DNA of 64,000 nucleotides from Chiloscyllium plagiosum. Its lineage: Eukaryota. Shown piece after piece: positions 39,516 through 50,283 of this stretch. The stretch covers positions 1,172,424-1,236,423 of the forward strand of contig NC_057756.1 of NCBI RefSeq assembly GCF_004010195.1, in the 5' to 3' direction. The first letter of the stretch is position 1, and the number at the start of each line of letters is the position of its first letter. The position numbers and the translations under genes are program-made. The notes below the pieces were generated by a model. The model saw only the letters and a list, made by a program, of their open reading frames with translations, was not told the DNA's origin and searched no databases.

Positions 39516-40860
39516 GAAATCAGAAACAAAGACAAAATTGCTGGAAAAGATCAGCACGTCTAGCAGCATCTGTGGAGAGAAATCGGAGTTAACATTTTGG
39601 ATCCAGTGAACCTTCCTTAGAACAGGTGGTAGCTAGGAGAAAGTTGTTTTCTATGTAGAAGATAGAGTGAGGGGAGGGGGTAAGGAGTAAACAGTGGGTG
39701 GGTAGAGCCCAAAGGGAGAGAAGAATAGGTGGATTGACAAAGGAGTGGATAATGATTTGCCTGGGAGAATGTATAGCTACTAATGGGGATTATTAGTGAC
39801 TAACAATCGGTTGTTTGTCATATTGGACCATGTGATAACAAGATATGTGAAGGTTTGGGTTAGGATATGGGACAGGGTGCCTCAAGCCCTAAAACTGTTA
39901 AACTATATTGAGTCCAGAAGGCTGCAGAGTTCCCAAGCGAAAAATAACGTAATGTTCTTCCAGCCTGCACTGAGCTTCACTGAAGCATTGTGTCAAGTAT
40001 GAGACAGAGATGTTAGCCAGGAACAAGGCGGTGTGTTGCAGTGGCAGGTGGCTGGAAGCTCCAGGTCTCTCTCGCGCTCAGAGTGTAGGTGTTCTGTGAA
40101 GGTGTCACCCAGTCTCTGCTTTGTGTCCTCAGTGTAGAGGAGACCACATTGTGAGCAACGAATGCATCGGACTAGATTGAGTGAAGTACAGGTAAAGTGC
40201 TGCTTCACTTGGAAGGGGTGTTTGGACCCTTGGGTACTAAGGAGAGAGGAATTAAAAGGCAAATGGTAGACCTTCTGCGGTTGCAGGGGATGCCGCTATG
40301 CAGCCGTGGGGGTTGTTGGAAGTGAAGGACGAGTGGATGAGTATGTCCCAGAGGGAACAGTCTTTGGGGAAGGCTGATAAAAGAAGGGAGGTGACTATGT
40401 GTCTGGTGGTGGCATCCTTCGGGAGGTGATGGAAATGGCGATTAATGATCCTCTGGATGTGGATACTGGTGGGATAGTAGGTGAGGATAAAGGATAAAGG
40501 TCTATCACTGTTTCAGGCGGGAAGAGAGTGGGTGAGGGCTGAAATACAAGAGATGGCAGCCAGTTGAGGGGTTGTCAATTGCTGAGCTGGGGAATCATTG
40601 GTTGAAAAAGAAAGTGGACATTTTGGAGATTCCTTTGTCAAAGTTGGCATCATCAGAACAGATGAGACAGAGGAACTGGGAAAATGGAAGAGTTTTTACA
40701 GGAAGCAAATGTGAGGATGTACAGTCAAAGAAACTGTGGGAGTCAGGTGGTTTGTATTGTATATTTGTGGCCAGCCTATCCCCAGCAATGGAAACCAACA
40801 TGTCAAGGAAGGGAAGGGCAGAGTCAGATGAACCAGGTGAAGTGAGAGCAGAGTGGAAAT
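39516..40860 (-). mobile_element. Degenerate Penelope-like element (RT end + GIY-YIG endonuclease)
   Basis: IQYKPPDSHSFFDCTSSH; FTCTSLNLVRCIRCSQCGLLYTEDTKQRLGDTFTEHL. Confidence 0.88.
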
Positions 40861-41099
40861 TGGAAGTGAAATTGATTCCCAGTTCAAATTGGAAAATTAA
40901 GAGATTGGTAGAGACAATGGTGAAGGATCTTTATTTTCAGATCACTTTCAGTTTAACACAATAGATGGAGCTTTACTTTCAGTTTGCTTTCAGTTTAAAA
41001 GAACAGAATAAGATTTAATTTCAGTTCAAAAGTGCAGAAGAGTCTTTACTCTGTATCTAACGCTGTGCTATATCTATCGTGGGACTGTTCCTTTGGGTA

Positions 41100-41660
41100 G
41101 CTTTACTAGTTGGGATGTCATGTTGAGGTTGTACAGGACATTGGTGATGCCACTTTTGGAGTACTGTGTACAGTTCTAGTTGCCCTGCTACAGGAATGAT
41201 ATTACATTGGAGAAGGTCAGAAAAGATGTACCAGGGTGTTACTATGGCTGAAGGGTTTCACTTATAAGGATAAGCTGGAGTGTCGGAGGTTGAGGGGTGA
41301 ACTTATAGAGGTTTATAAAATCATGAGCGGCATAATAATGTGAATAACAAAGGTCTTTCCCTGAGGATGGCTGAGTTCTAAACTAGGAGGCACATTTTTA
41401 AGGTGAGAGGAGAAAGATTTAAATGAACCTGAGTGGCTACGTTTTCACACACGCAGTGGTTTATATGTAGTATGCACTGCCAGAGGAAATGGTAAATGCA
41501 TTGAAAAAAATAATTGGATAATTATATGAATAGGTAAGGTTTAGAGGGATATGACCCAAATGCAGGCAAGAGAGACTAGTTTAGTTTGGGAAACTTGGTT
41601 GGCATGAATAACTTGTACCAAAGGGTCTGTTTCTATGTGACTGTGTGTCTGTATGACTCG
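41100..41660 (+). mobile_element. CR1 3' fragment
   Basis: CR1 C-terminal homology and tail. Confidence 0.8.
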
Positions 41661-41937
41661 AACCCTGGTATTGACCTGTCCTGGTAATAGTGATGAGTAC
41701 AGTGAGAGGGAGCTTCACATTGTCATCATCACCCACTCCCAGGACAGGTATGGGACTTTACTTTGTTTAAGAGGGAGTTTTTGTCTGATTCTAACCCCAT
41801 GCTGTACCTGTTCTGGGAGTGTTTGATTGATCAGTGTAGAAGCAGCTTTGCTCTGTATCTAAACTTCACTCTTTTCTTAGAATGTGTGATGAAAGGTTTA
41901 CTCTTTCAGATGCTAATCATTGGTCTTTTGTCTGAAG

Positions 41938-42156
41938 TGTTCATCTAGCAGGGTAACTCTGAAAACCTTTGTGACCTTTGTTGATACAACGCGATATCCG
42001 CCAGCACCCAGAGACCAACCAACCATTGAGCAGAAGCTGCCATTCGATTTCTTCTATCCCTTCAAGGTCTACAGTAGCGGAATGCGTATGTATTCAGCAT
42101 CGATACTCGGTACAGTTGGCAGTGTCTTTCTGACAGGATTTCTGGCTCAGCGCTGA
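41938..42156 (+). CDS. TCTN3: Tectonic-3-like last coding exon
   Basis: tgctaat branch-like site, ttttgtctgaag| phase-0 acceptor; CSSSRVTLKTFVTFVDTTRYPPAPRDQPTIEQKLPFDFFYPFKV...FLAQR-TGA; LPFDFF.PF motif and hydrophobic C-terminal tail. Confidence 0.92.
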   Translation, partial: CSSSRVTLKTFVTFVDTTRYPPAPRDQPTIEQKLPFDFFYPFKVYSSGMRMYSASILGTVGSVFLTGFLAQR

Positions 42157-42498
42157 AGTTACAACACACAGATTGATCTCCTATCAAGTCCATTTCAAAA
42201 CCGGTGGGAACAGGATTTTGATCTGGTGGTAGTCAGCAACAAACTGAGTGGAGTGGCTGTCACTGTGTCCTGATCTGGAATTCAGGGAGAAACACTCACT
42301 GTCTCTGCACTGGGATTAGAGGATTAGCTCTCGCTGGTTCTTGAACTTTGATTAGGGTATCAGCTTTCATTGTCTCTCCACTGACAATTTTTCACTGTCC
42401 CTGAACTGGCTTTAGGTGAATAAAGGGCATGCATCGGTATTCGGGAATGAGCTGGTACTCGTTCCTGAATTTGAAAGAGTGATGTAATTGTCACTGTC

Positions 42499-42594
42499 AC
42501 TTTCCTGAAGAAGGGCCTGTGCCCGAAACGTCGAATCTCCTGTTCCCTGGATGCTGCCTGACCTGCTGTGCTGTTCCAGCAATAAAGTTTCAAC
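42499..42594 (+). mobile_element. 96-bp Penelope terminal insert
   Basis: 14-bp duplication TAATTGTCACTGTC at 42485-42498 and 42595-42608. Confidence 0.85.
42502..42535 (+). ncRNA. Minimal type I hammerhead ribozyme motif (Penelope-type)
   Basis: CUGAAGA-A-GGGC(CUGU)GCCC-GAAA-CG-UC; palindromic ACGU stem III; 3-bp stem I UUC/GAA. Confidence 0.65.
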
Positions 42595-43023
42595 TAATTG
42601 TCACTGTCCTCCAACTGGGATCAGGGGAGTAGCTCTCACTGTCCCTCCACTGGGATTATGATAAAGGTCTTACTGGTTCTTCCACTGGGATGTGTGGAGT
42701 TACTTTCGCTGTGCCTCTCCTGGGATGAGATCAGTCGATCTCTCTCTCTCTCTCTCTCTCTCTCTGCACTGGGATCAGGGAGTGTGTAACTCTCACTGAT
42801 CTTTTGACTCACTGGTCTCAGGGGTTTCACTGGTTCCTCCATTAGAATGAGAGGGGTATGTCACATTGTTCCCACACTGGGATTATTTTTCACTGGTTCC
42901 TCTAGTAGGAGATGGGGAATAACTCTTAATGTCCTTCCATGGGGATGTGGGGAGTGACTCACATGGTTTTTCTAATGGAATGAGGGGGAATGGCTTTCAC
43001 TGTCCCCTCCAGTTGGATTAGCA

Positions 43024-43187
43024 GGGTAAAAACAATGACTGCAGATGCTGGAAACCAGATTCTGGATTAGAGGTGCTGGAAAAGCACAGCAGTTCAGACA
43101 GCATCTGAGGAGCAGTAAAATCAACGTTTCAGGCAAAAGACCTTCATCAGGAAAACTGCTGTGCTTTTCCAGCACCACTAATCCAGA
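43024..43187. mobile_element. Fold-back Penelope mini-insert
   Basis: 13-bp duplication AGTTGGATTAGCA at 43011-43023 and 43188-43200. Confidence 0.85.
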
Positions 43188-43465
43188 AGTTGGATTAGCA
43201 AATCAACTCTCAGTGATTCTTGCACTGGGGTTTGGGGAGTAGCTCTCATTGTTCCTTCACTAGGTTTAGGGGAATAGTTCTAAATCCCTGCAGTGGAATT
43301 AGACGATTAGCTCTCACTGTCTCACAATTGAGTTGAGGAAAACAGCTGTCATTTCCTGCATTAAGACTTTTGGCAATAGCTTTGCAGCTGTTACCATCCC
43401 TACACTAAATTGGGTTTTGCTATCCCACTTTAATCACTCCATTTGGAAGACTAATGTCTTCAGGA

Positions 43466-43474
43466 ATAAATAAA
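43466..43474 (+). promoter_or_regulatory. Candidate polyadenylation signal for the tectonic gene (AATAAATAAA)
   Basis: overlapping AATAAA hexamers about 1.3 kb after the stop; alternatives at 42581, ~43906 and ~44056. Confidence 0.3.
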
Positions 43475-44379
43475 GTTAAGTAAGTAAGATTGCTACAATT
43501 TCAAAGGGCCAAAGGGCTACTCTGTCTCGAGAGGGATGACTGGTGGTTGTGAAACCTGAGAGTCACCACACCTCAGGCAAGGGGTGAGGTGAGACTTCCC
43601 CGTAGCCTCAGCTGGTGTGGGAATTGAATGCACACTATTAGTGTCACTCTGCACAGTAAATCAGATGACTAGCCAATCAAAATAACCAACGCCCTACAAA
43701 TTATGACATTTCAGGCTCATCATGCATTTTGGGCCAAAAATCTGGCCCAGTTGGCACCTTCTTTGGTAAGGGTCAGAATCAAAGAGAACACTCCTGTGGA
43801 ATCTGTGCATTGGGTTGATCTTTCTATGGTCACTTCATAATCAGTCCCAGTAATTTAAGGTCAAAGTGTATAATTTGTCTACTTATTCTAATCTAAATCT
43901 TTGTAAATAAATATGATTCTTGTAATTGTACTGTTGATGAGTACCTCAATCTTGCTTCAATCCTGTTCTCAATATTTCTCAGCTCCATTGTGTGATTGTA
44001 TTAAGAACTCTTGGGTAGAAAGACTCGACTTCTCTGAAATCCCTTAAATATGGAAAATAAATACTAGCATACATCCCTAGAACAAGTCTAAATAGAAATT
44101 GCTTTCAATTCCTTCTTTCTAGTCATCTACAAGGTCTAAGTCTTGCTGAGATCACACATAGCCAGATTTTGTCACAATTGACTGAATACACTCTTGAAAT
44201 GGAAGGCTAGGAGTTCACCTGACAGGTTTTTTTTGGGATTGTTAAAGGATTCAATAGGTTTAGGGTTTGATATAGAAACATACTGAGATGAGAACTAAGG
44301 ATCATACATTTGAGATAGTCTCCAAGCAATACAAAACTTCATAAGCCAAGGGGAAGCAATGAGATCCAAGTATTGTTAA

Positions 44380-45345
44380 TAGAACGTAGAACAGTACAGC
44401 CGTTCGGCTTATGATGTTGTGCCTAGGATTTATCTTAATCTAAGATCTACCTAACCTACACACTCCTCAATTTACTGCTGTCCATGTGCTGGTCACCTAA
44501 ATGCCCCTAAAATGCCTCTGACTCTACTACCACCACTGGTAGAGCATTCTACACATCCATTACCCACTGCATAGAGAAGTGCAGTCCACTATCAACTACC
44601 ACTTGTTATCTTCTTTTGGCCAGCCAATTCTGTATCCAGACAGAGAAATTTCCCTGTATCCCATATCTCCTAACTTTCTGAATGAGCCTATATGGTGAAC
44701 CTTATCAAATGCCTTACTGAAATCCATATACACCATATCCACTGCTTGATCTTCATCAAATTGTCTTGTCACATCCTCAATAAGGCTTGAAAGTTGTGAC
44801 CTCCCCTCACAACGCCATGTTAACTATTTTAATTAGACTGTTTTCCAAATAGTCATAAATCTCATCTGTCAGAATCCATTCCAGTATCTTGCTTACCACA
44901 GATGTAAGACTGTGACTGGTCTGTAATTCCCAGGGATTTCCCTATTCACTTTCTTGAACAGAGGAACAACATTCACCTCCCTTCAATCATCTGGTACTAC
45001 TTCTGTGGAGAGTGAGGATGCAAAGATCATCGCCAGTGGTGCAGCAATCTCGTACCGTGCTTCCTGTAGTAACCTTGGATATATCTGGTCTGGCCCTGGG
45101 GACTTATCTATCTTAATGCTTCCCAGAATTTCCAGCACATCCACTTTTCTAATGTGAATCTTTTCAAGCTGACTAACCTGGTCCACAGTGATCTCATTAT
45201 CAACAAAATCCCTCTCTCCAGTGAATACTGAAGCAAAAAACTCATTTAGGGCCACCTATACTTCTTCAGACTCCAGACACAAGTTGCCTCCACTATCTTT
45301 CATTGTCCCTACCCTCTCTCTGATCATTCTGTAATTGCTCACATA
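44380..45345 (-). mobile_element. CR1 ORF2 fragment with deletions
   Basis: LNEFFASVFT, IDKSPGPDQIYPRLL. Confidence 0.85.
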
Positions 45346-45971
45346 AGTAAGTGTTCTGGGTCAAATGATGACCCTGAATCGATTGCTGATCTAAAAAATG
45401 TATCAGGTTCGCTGATGTCCTTCAGGGAAGGTAACTACTCTCCTTACCTCATCTTGCCTACATGTGACTCCAGACCCACAGCAATGTGTTTATATAATGT
45501 GCAATTCAGATGCCTCGATATCGATCTTGTTACCCTAAGAGAGACAGGATGAGGAGGAGGTCAATAGAAGGAGGGAGGTGGTAGGTACGTACAGGAAGGG
45601 GTTTGCAAGAGACAAATGACCCTACTGATGGGAGGTGCTTCACCATTATAAATAAGCTTGTGTGGCATTTTAGCAACATCCTCATTCTTGGTCGTCCTGA
45701 GATAAGTGCACAGCTTGTGCCTGTCTGGGTCACCCTAATGAGTAATCAGCATATCACTATCATCCGTGTAGAAGAAGTGTCAATGCCAGTAAGGAATTCC
45801 ACACTGACCTTGAGGAATCTCTTGCATCTTCCCACTTTGATACACTCCTATGAAGTCATCCGCTCAGTTTGTAGATCCTGCATTGGAATCAAAAACAGCC
45901 AGCTCTTCAAACTGGAATATAAGTGAGTCATCTTCGATCCTGCCTGAGAAAACAGAGTTATGGATTTCAAA

Positions 45972-46180
45972 ATAAAAACCAAGAGAACTGCAGATGCTGT
46001 AAATCAGAAACAAAAACAGAAGTTGCCGGAAAAGGTCAGCAGGTCTGGCAGCAAGAGAAAATAAAGTTAACGTTTCAGATCCAATGACCCTTAGAACGGA
46101 CCCCAAACATTACCTTTGATTTCTCTTTGCAGATGCTGCCAGACCTGCTGACCTTTTCCAGCAATTTCTGTTTTTGTTGC
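45972..46180. mobile_element. Fold-back Penelope mini-insert
   Basis: 13-bp duplication TATGGATTTCAAA at 45959-45971 and 46181-46193. Confidence 0.82.
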
Positions 46181-48389
46181 TATGGATTTCAAATGCTAGG
46201 TACCAAGTTTGCAATGTGAACTCACATTTCTAGATCATTGATACTGTACTGGTAAAATAATCAGGGAATTTGGGGATGGTCGATGTAAAATAATCAGGGA
46301 TCATTAATTACAGAACAATAGTGCACAGTTCCACTCTGGACCTTACTCTCCAATCACTTGGTTCTCAGGCATGGCTCTCGGGGAGTGCTCCACTCAAAGC
46401 CTCATTTCTGTTCTGTTCTTCCATCTATTGGAATTTAAGACGTTACAATGAGGCTCCATTTTCCCTTCCTTGATTCGCTGAGGCACGGAATATAAGAGCA
46501 GGAAGGCTATGCTGGGGCAACATCAAACAGTAGTTCAGCCAAAACCCAAGTACCTTGTGTAGCACAGTCACCTTATTACAGAATTTGCAATGTTGCAACA
46601 CCAAAAGGGATTAAGAGATTTACAAGGATGTTGTAGCAGTAGTGTGTGAATTGCTCCTTCTGAGGCCCAGCAGGCATATGAATGGATGCTTATGCCCGTG
46701 GCTGTACTAGTTCTATAATTTGCTTCTTTGGATGGATACAAAGTATCCAATGGCACTGTTTTGAAGCAGATAGTTGCTTGTGGTGCCATAGCATTTTTAA
46801 AACCCTTAATCAATTTCACAAAATCAGATTTTTTTTTGTTCACAAACATGCCCTTTCATGCAACTTTCTGTGTACCCAAATTGCTTTTATTATTTTTTAC
46901 TCACTTGTGGAACTTGAGTGTTGCTGGCTGGCCAGCATTTATCATCCCTAGCTGTCCTTGAACTGCTGCCATCCACATTTTGTCTGTTGACCCATCGTCC
47001 TTAGGGAGGAAATTCCAGGCTTTTGACTCAGCGACACTGAAGGAACAATGATATATTTCCAATTCAGGTTGCTCGGTGGCTTTGAGGTAATGGTGTTTGC
47101 AGGTATCTGCTGCCTTGGCCCTTCTAGATGGAAGCGGTCATGGATTTGGCACATGCTGTCAGATGAGCCTTGGTTATAATGCACATTGTTGCAACTGATC
47201 ATCAGTGCAGGAGGGAGTGGATGTGATACAAACCAAGCAGGATCGGCAATGAGGAGGCAGGAGGTGAGTTACTTGCTGCAGTATTCCTAATCTCCTGGGA
47301 GAAAGATTTAAAAGGGGCTTGTGGGGCAACTTTAAAGTGGTTTGAATGTGGAATGACCTGCCAGATGAAGAGGTAGATGCCGGTACAGTTACAACATTTA
47401 AAAGACATTTGGATAGGTACATGAAAGGAAAGGAGTGGGCAAGATCTGGTGATTGGAGTACCCTGTGGCAAAATGTGATAATGTCCAGTTTTAGTCAAAA
47501 TTCTATCTAAATGGTAGAGGTGGCAGAGCTCTGAGATTCAAGGATTTTGGGTGCTGAGTACATGATACCTGAAAGGCTAGCTTTACTGTGAGGGGAATTG
47601 AATACAGAAGTTTGCTCGAGTTACACAGGGCATTGGTGAGACCACATCTGGAGTACTGCACGATGTATTTGGTCACCTTATTTATAATATGAATACATTG
47701 AATATGCTTACCAGACCTATACCTAAAATGAGTAGGTTATCTTATGAAGGAAGGTTGGTCCAGCTGGGCTTGAATCCACTATGAGTTTGGAAAATTAAGA
47801 GGCTATGTGATTGAAACAACAAACAAAAAGTCCTGACGGGTTCTTGGCAGGATGGATTGAGGGGGGTATTTCCTGTGGTGGGAGAAACTACAACTAAGGA
47901 TCACTGTTTAAAAATAAGGATTCACTAATTAAGCTAGAGATGAGTTTTAATCCCTCATCAATCAAAAAATGTCTACAACAATTTTAAATATGACATAGCT
48001 CTCCACTGTTTCTTGGGAAAGAGAATACCAAATGTTAATGACCCTCTGAGAGAAGATATTCCACTTCCTATCTGTTTTAGATGAGAGATCCCTAAATTTC
48101 AACCCCGCAGTTCTAGATTGGTCGACAGAGAGAAATCTCATCTGTGCATCTATCCTGTCAGCCCCCCTTAGAAATTATGTCTGAGATAGACCTCTAGAGC
48201 CTATAGATGAGCAGAACCTAAAGCTATTCCATTAATTAGAATCCATCGACATGTTCCTTGCCTTTGGGTACTATCTGACAGTTTGGTCAAATATGATATT
48301 AAGATTTCATAGGAGAAACTTCTGGTGACATATCTGTGTCATTGTTAAAATCAATAATTTCCATCTCTGAAACATTGTCTAATTGTCCA

Positions 48390-49957
48390 GTGTCCTACAG
48401 AGGGCTGTGGTGGGAGAGGCGTTCAAAAAGGAAACGAGGAGGATACAGGCCCTACATGTTCCCTCTGGGGTGATAAGTAGTAGCATGCCCAAAAAACCAT
48501 GGATGACTACAGATATTCAGGATACAACGAGAAGGGAAATAAAGACTTTTAGCAGATACAAAGGGAACAAATCAGTACAGGCATTAGTGGAAAGTGTAAG
48601 GTGGAGCTTAAGAAATCAACTAGGAAAGAGGGGATGTGAGAAAGCTCTGTCTGGTAAAAGGAGGGAAAGTCTCACTATATTCTATGACAAGAGGAAGAGG
48701 ACAACCTAGGAAAGAATGGGGTCCATTAGACACCATAAGGGCAATCTGTGCGTGGAGCCAGAAGACATTGGTAGAGTTTTGAACCAACACTTCTTATTTG
48801 TCTTTACCCAAGAAAATGAGGATGAAGGTTAGGAGCCCATTGGCAGAGACTACAAGGTGCTTGAGAAAATTGATGTGAATAACAAGGTATTGGATGTGTT
48901 GGCACACTTGTGGACCAATCGCCAGGTCCAGATTAATTGTGTCCCAAACTGCTGTTGGAGGCAGGGGAGGAGATTGCAGGGCATTGACCCAAACTTTTAG
49001 TTCCATTCTGGCCATGGTGGGCTTAGCAGAGAACTGGAGAACAGCTAATATGGTTCTGATATTTAAGACTGAGAACTATAGACAGTGAGTCTCACGCCAG
49101 TGGTAAGGAAAACTATTGGAGAAAGTTCTGAAGGAGAGCATCTATCTCCACTTGGAGGAGTAAGATGATGTGGGATAGTCAGCATAGCTTTGTCAAAGAG
49201 ATCATGCCTTATAAATCTGATTGAATGTTTTGAGGTAACCATGTTGGTAGATGAGGGTGGTGTCAAAGCCTTTGACAATGTCCCACAAAGGGACTTACCA
49301 AGAAGTCAAGTCCACATGGGATCCAGAATAATTTGATGAAGTGGATTCAAAATTGGCTCAGTTGTAAGACAGAGAGTGATTACAGGAAGCTGCTTTAGTG
49401 ACTGGAGGCAGTGTCTAGTGCTGTACCACGGGAATCTATGCTGGGTCCCCTTTTATTCATCATTTATATATAAGACATAGATGACGGTGCGGGATTGGAT
49501 TATTAAGTTTGCATATGACACAAAGATTGGATGGGTGGTTAACAGTGCCGTTGAGTGTCTTGGGTTACAAGAAGATAGAAGTGGGATGGTCAAATGGGCA
49601 GATAAGTGGCAGATGGAATTTAACGCTGAAAAGTGTGACATGGTACTTTGGAAGGAGTAACTGGACAAGGGAGTGTTCAATGAATGACATGACACTTGGA
49701 AGTTCTATGGAACAAAGGGACCTTGGGAGTCTTTGTCCATAGATCTCTGAAGGCAGAAGGATATGTTCGTAGGGTGGTGAAAAAGGCATATGGGACACTA
49801 GGCTTTATCAATCATGGCATTGATTACAAAAGCAGGGAAGTCATGTTGGAGTGGTATGAACGTCTGAGTGTCCACACTTAGAATACTGTGTACCTTTCTA
49901 GTCACCACATTACAGGAAGCATATGATTGCATGGAGGGAGTGCAGAAGACATTCACC
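48390..49957 (+). mobile_element. Degenerate CR1 ORF2
   Basis: PWMT, ENWRTAN, VVKKAYGTLGFI..GIDYKSRE. Confidence 0.85.
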
Positions 49958-50283
49958 GGGTGGCATGGTAGCTCAGTGGTTAACACTACTGCCTCACAGT
50001 GCCAGGGACTTGGGTTTGATTCCAGACTTAGGTGACTGTCAGTGTGGAGTTTGCACATTCTCCCAGTGTCGTGTGGGGTGCTCTGGTTTCCTCCCAAAGT
50101 CCAAATATCTGCTGGTTAGGTGAACTGGCCACGGTAAATTGCCCATGGTGTTCAGGGATGTGCATTAGTCAGGGGAAATGTAGAGTAATAGAGTAGGGGA
50201 ATGTGTCTGGGTGGGTTACTCTTTGGAGGATCGGTGTGAACTTGTTGGGCCTAATGGCCTGTTTCCACACTGCAGGGATTCTA
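49958..50283 (+). mobile_element. HE1-like SINE
   Basis: SINE head and body. Confidence 0.85.

Larger units (their letters stand above)
42250..43330. repeat. Degenerate ~34-bp tandem repeat downstream of the tectonic stop codon
   Basis: recurring ctctcactgtccctccactgggat.agggga.ta. Confidence 0.75.

Noticed and set aside
41949..41952. Alternative acceptors tag/cag for the last tectonic exon
   Set aside because: Not phase 0, so they break the frame; 41938 fits
2837..42156. Assignment to TCTN1 or TCTN2
   Set aside because: Recalled motifs (STTCTR, VTY.I..G..GI, LEIQ.LWA.VG) fit TCTN3 better; needs phylogeny to confirm
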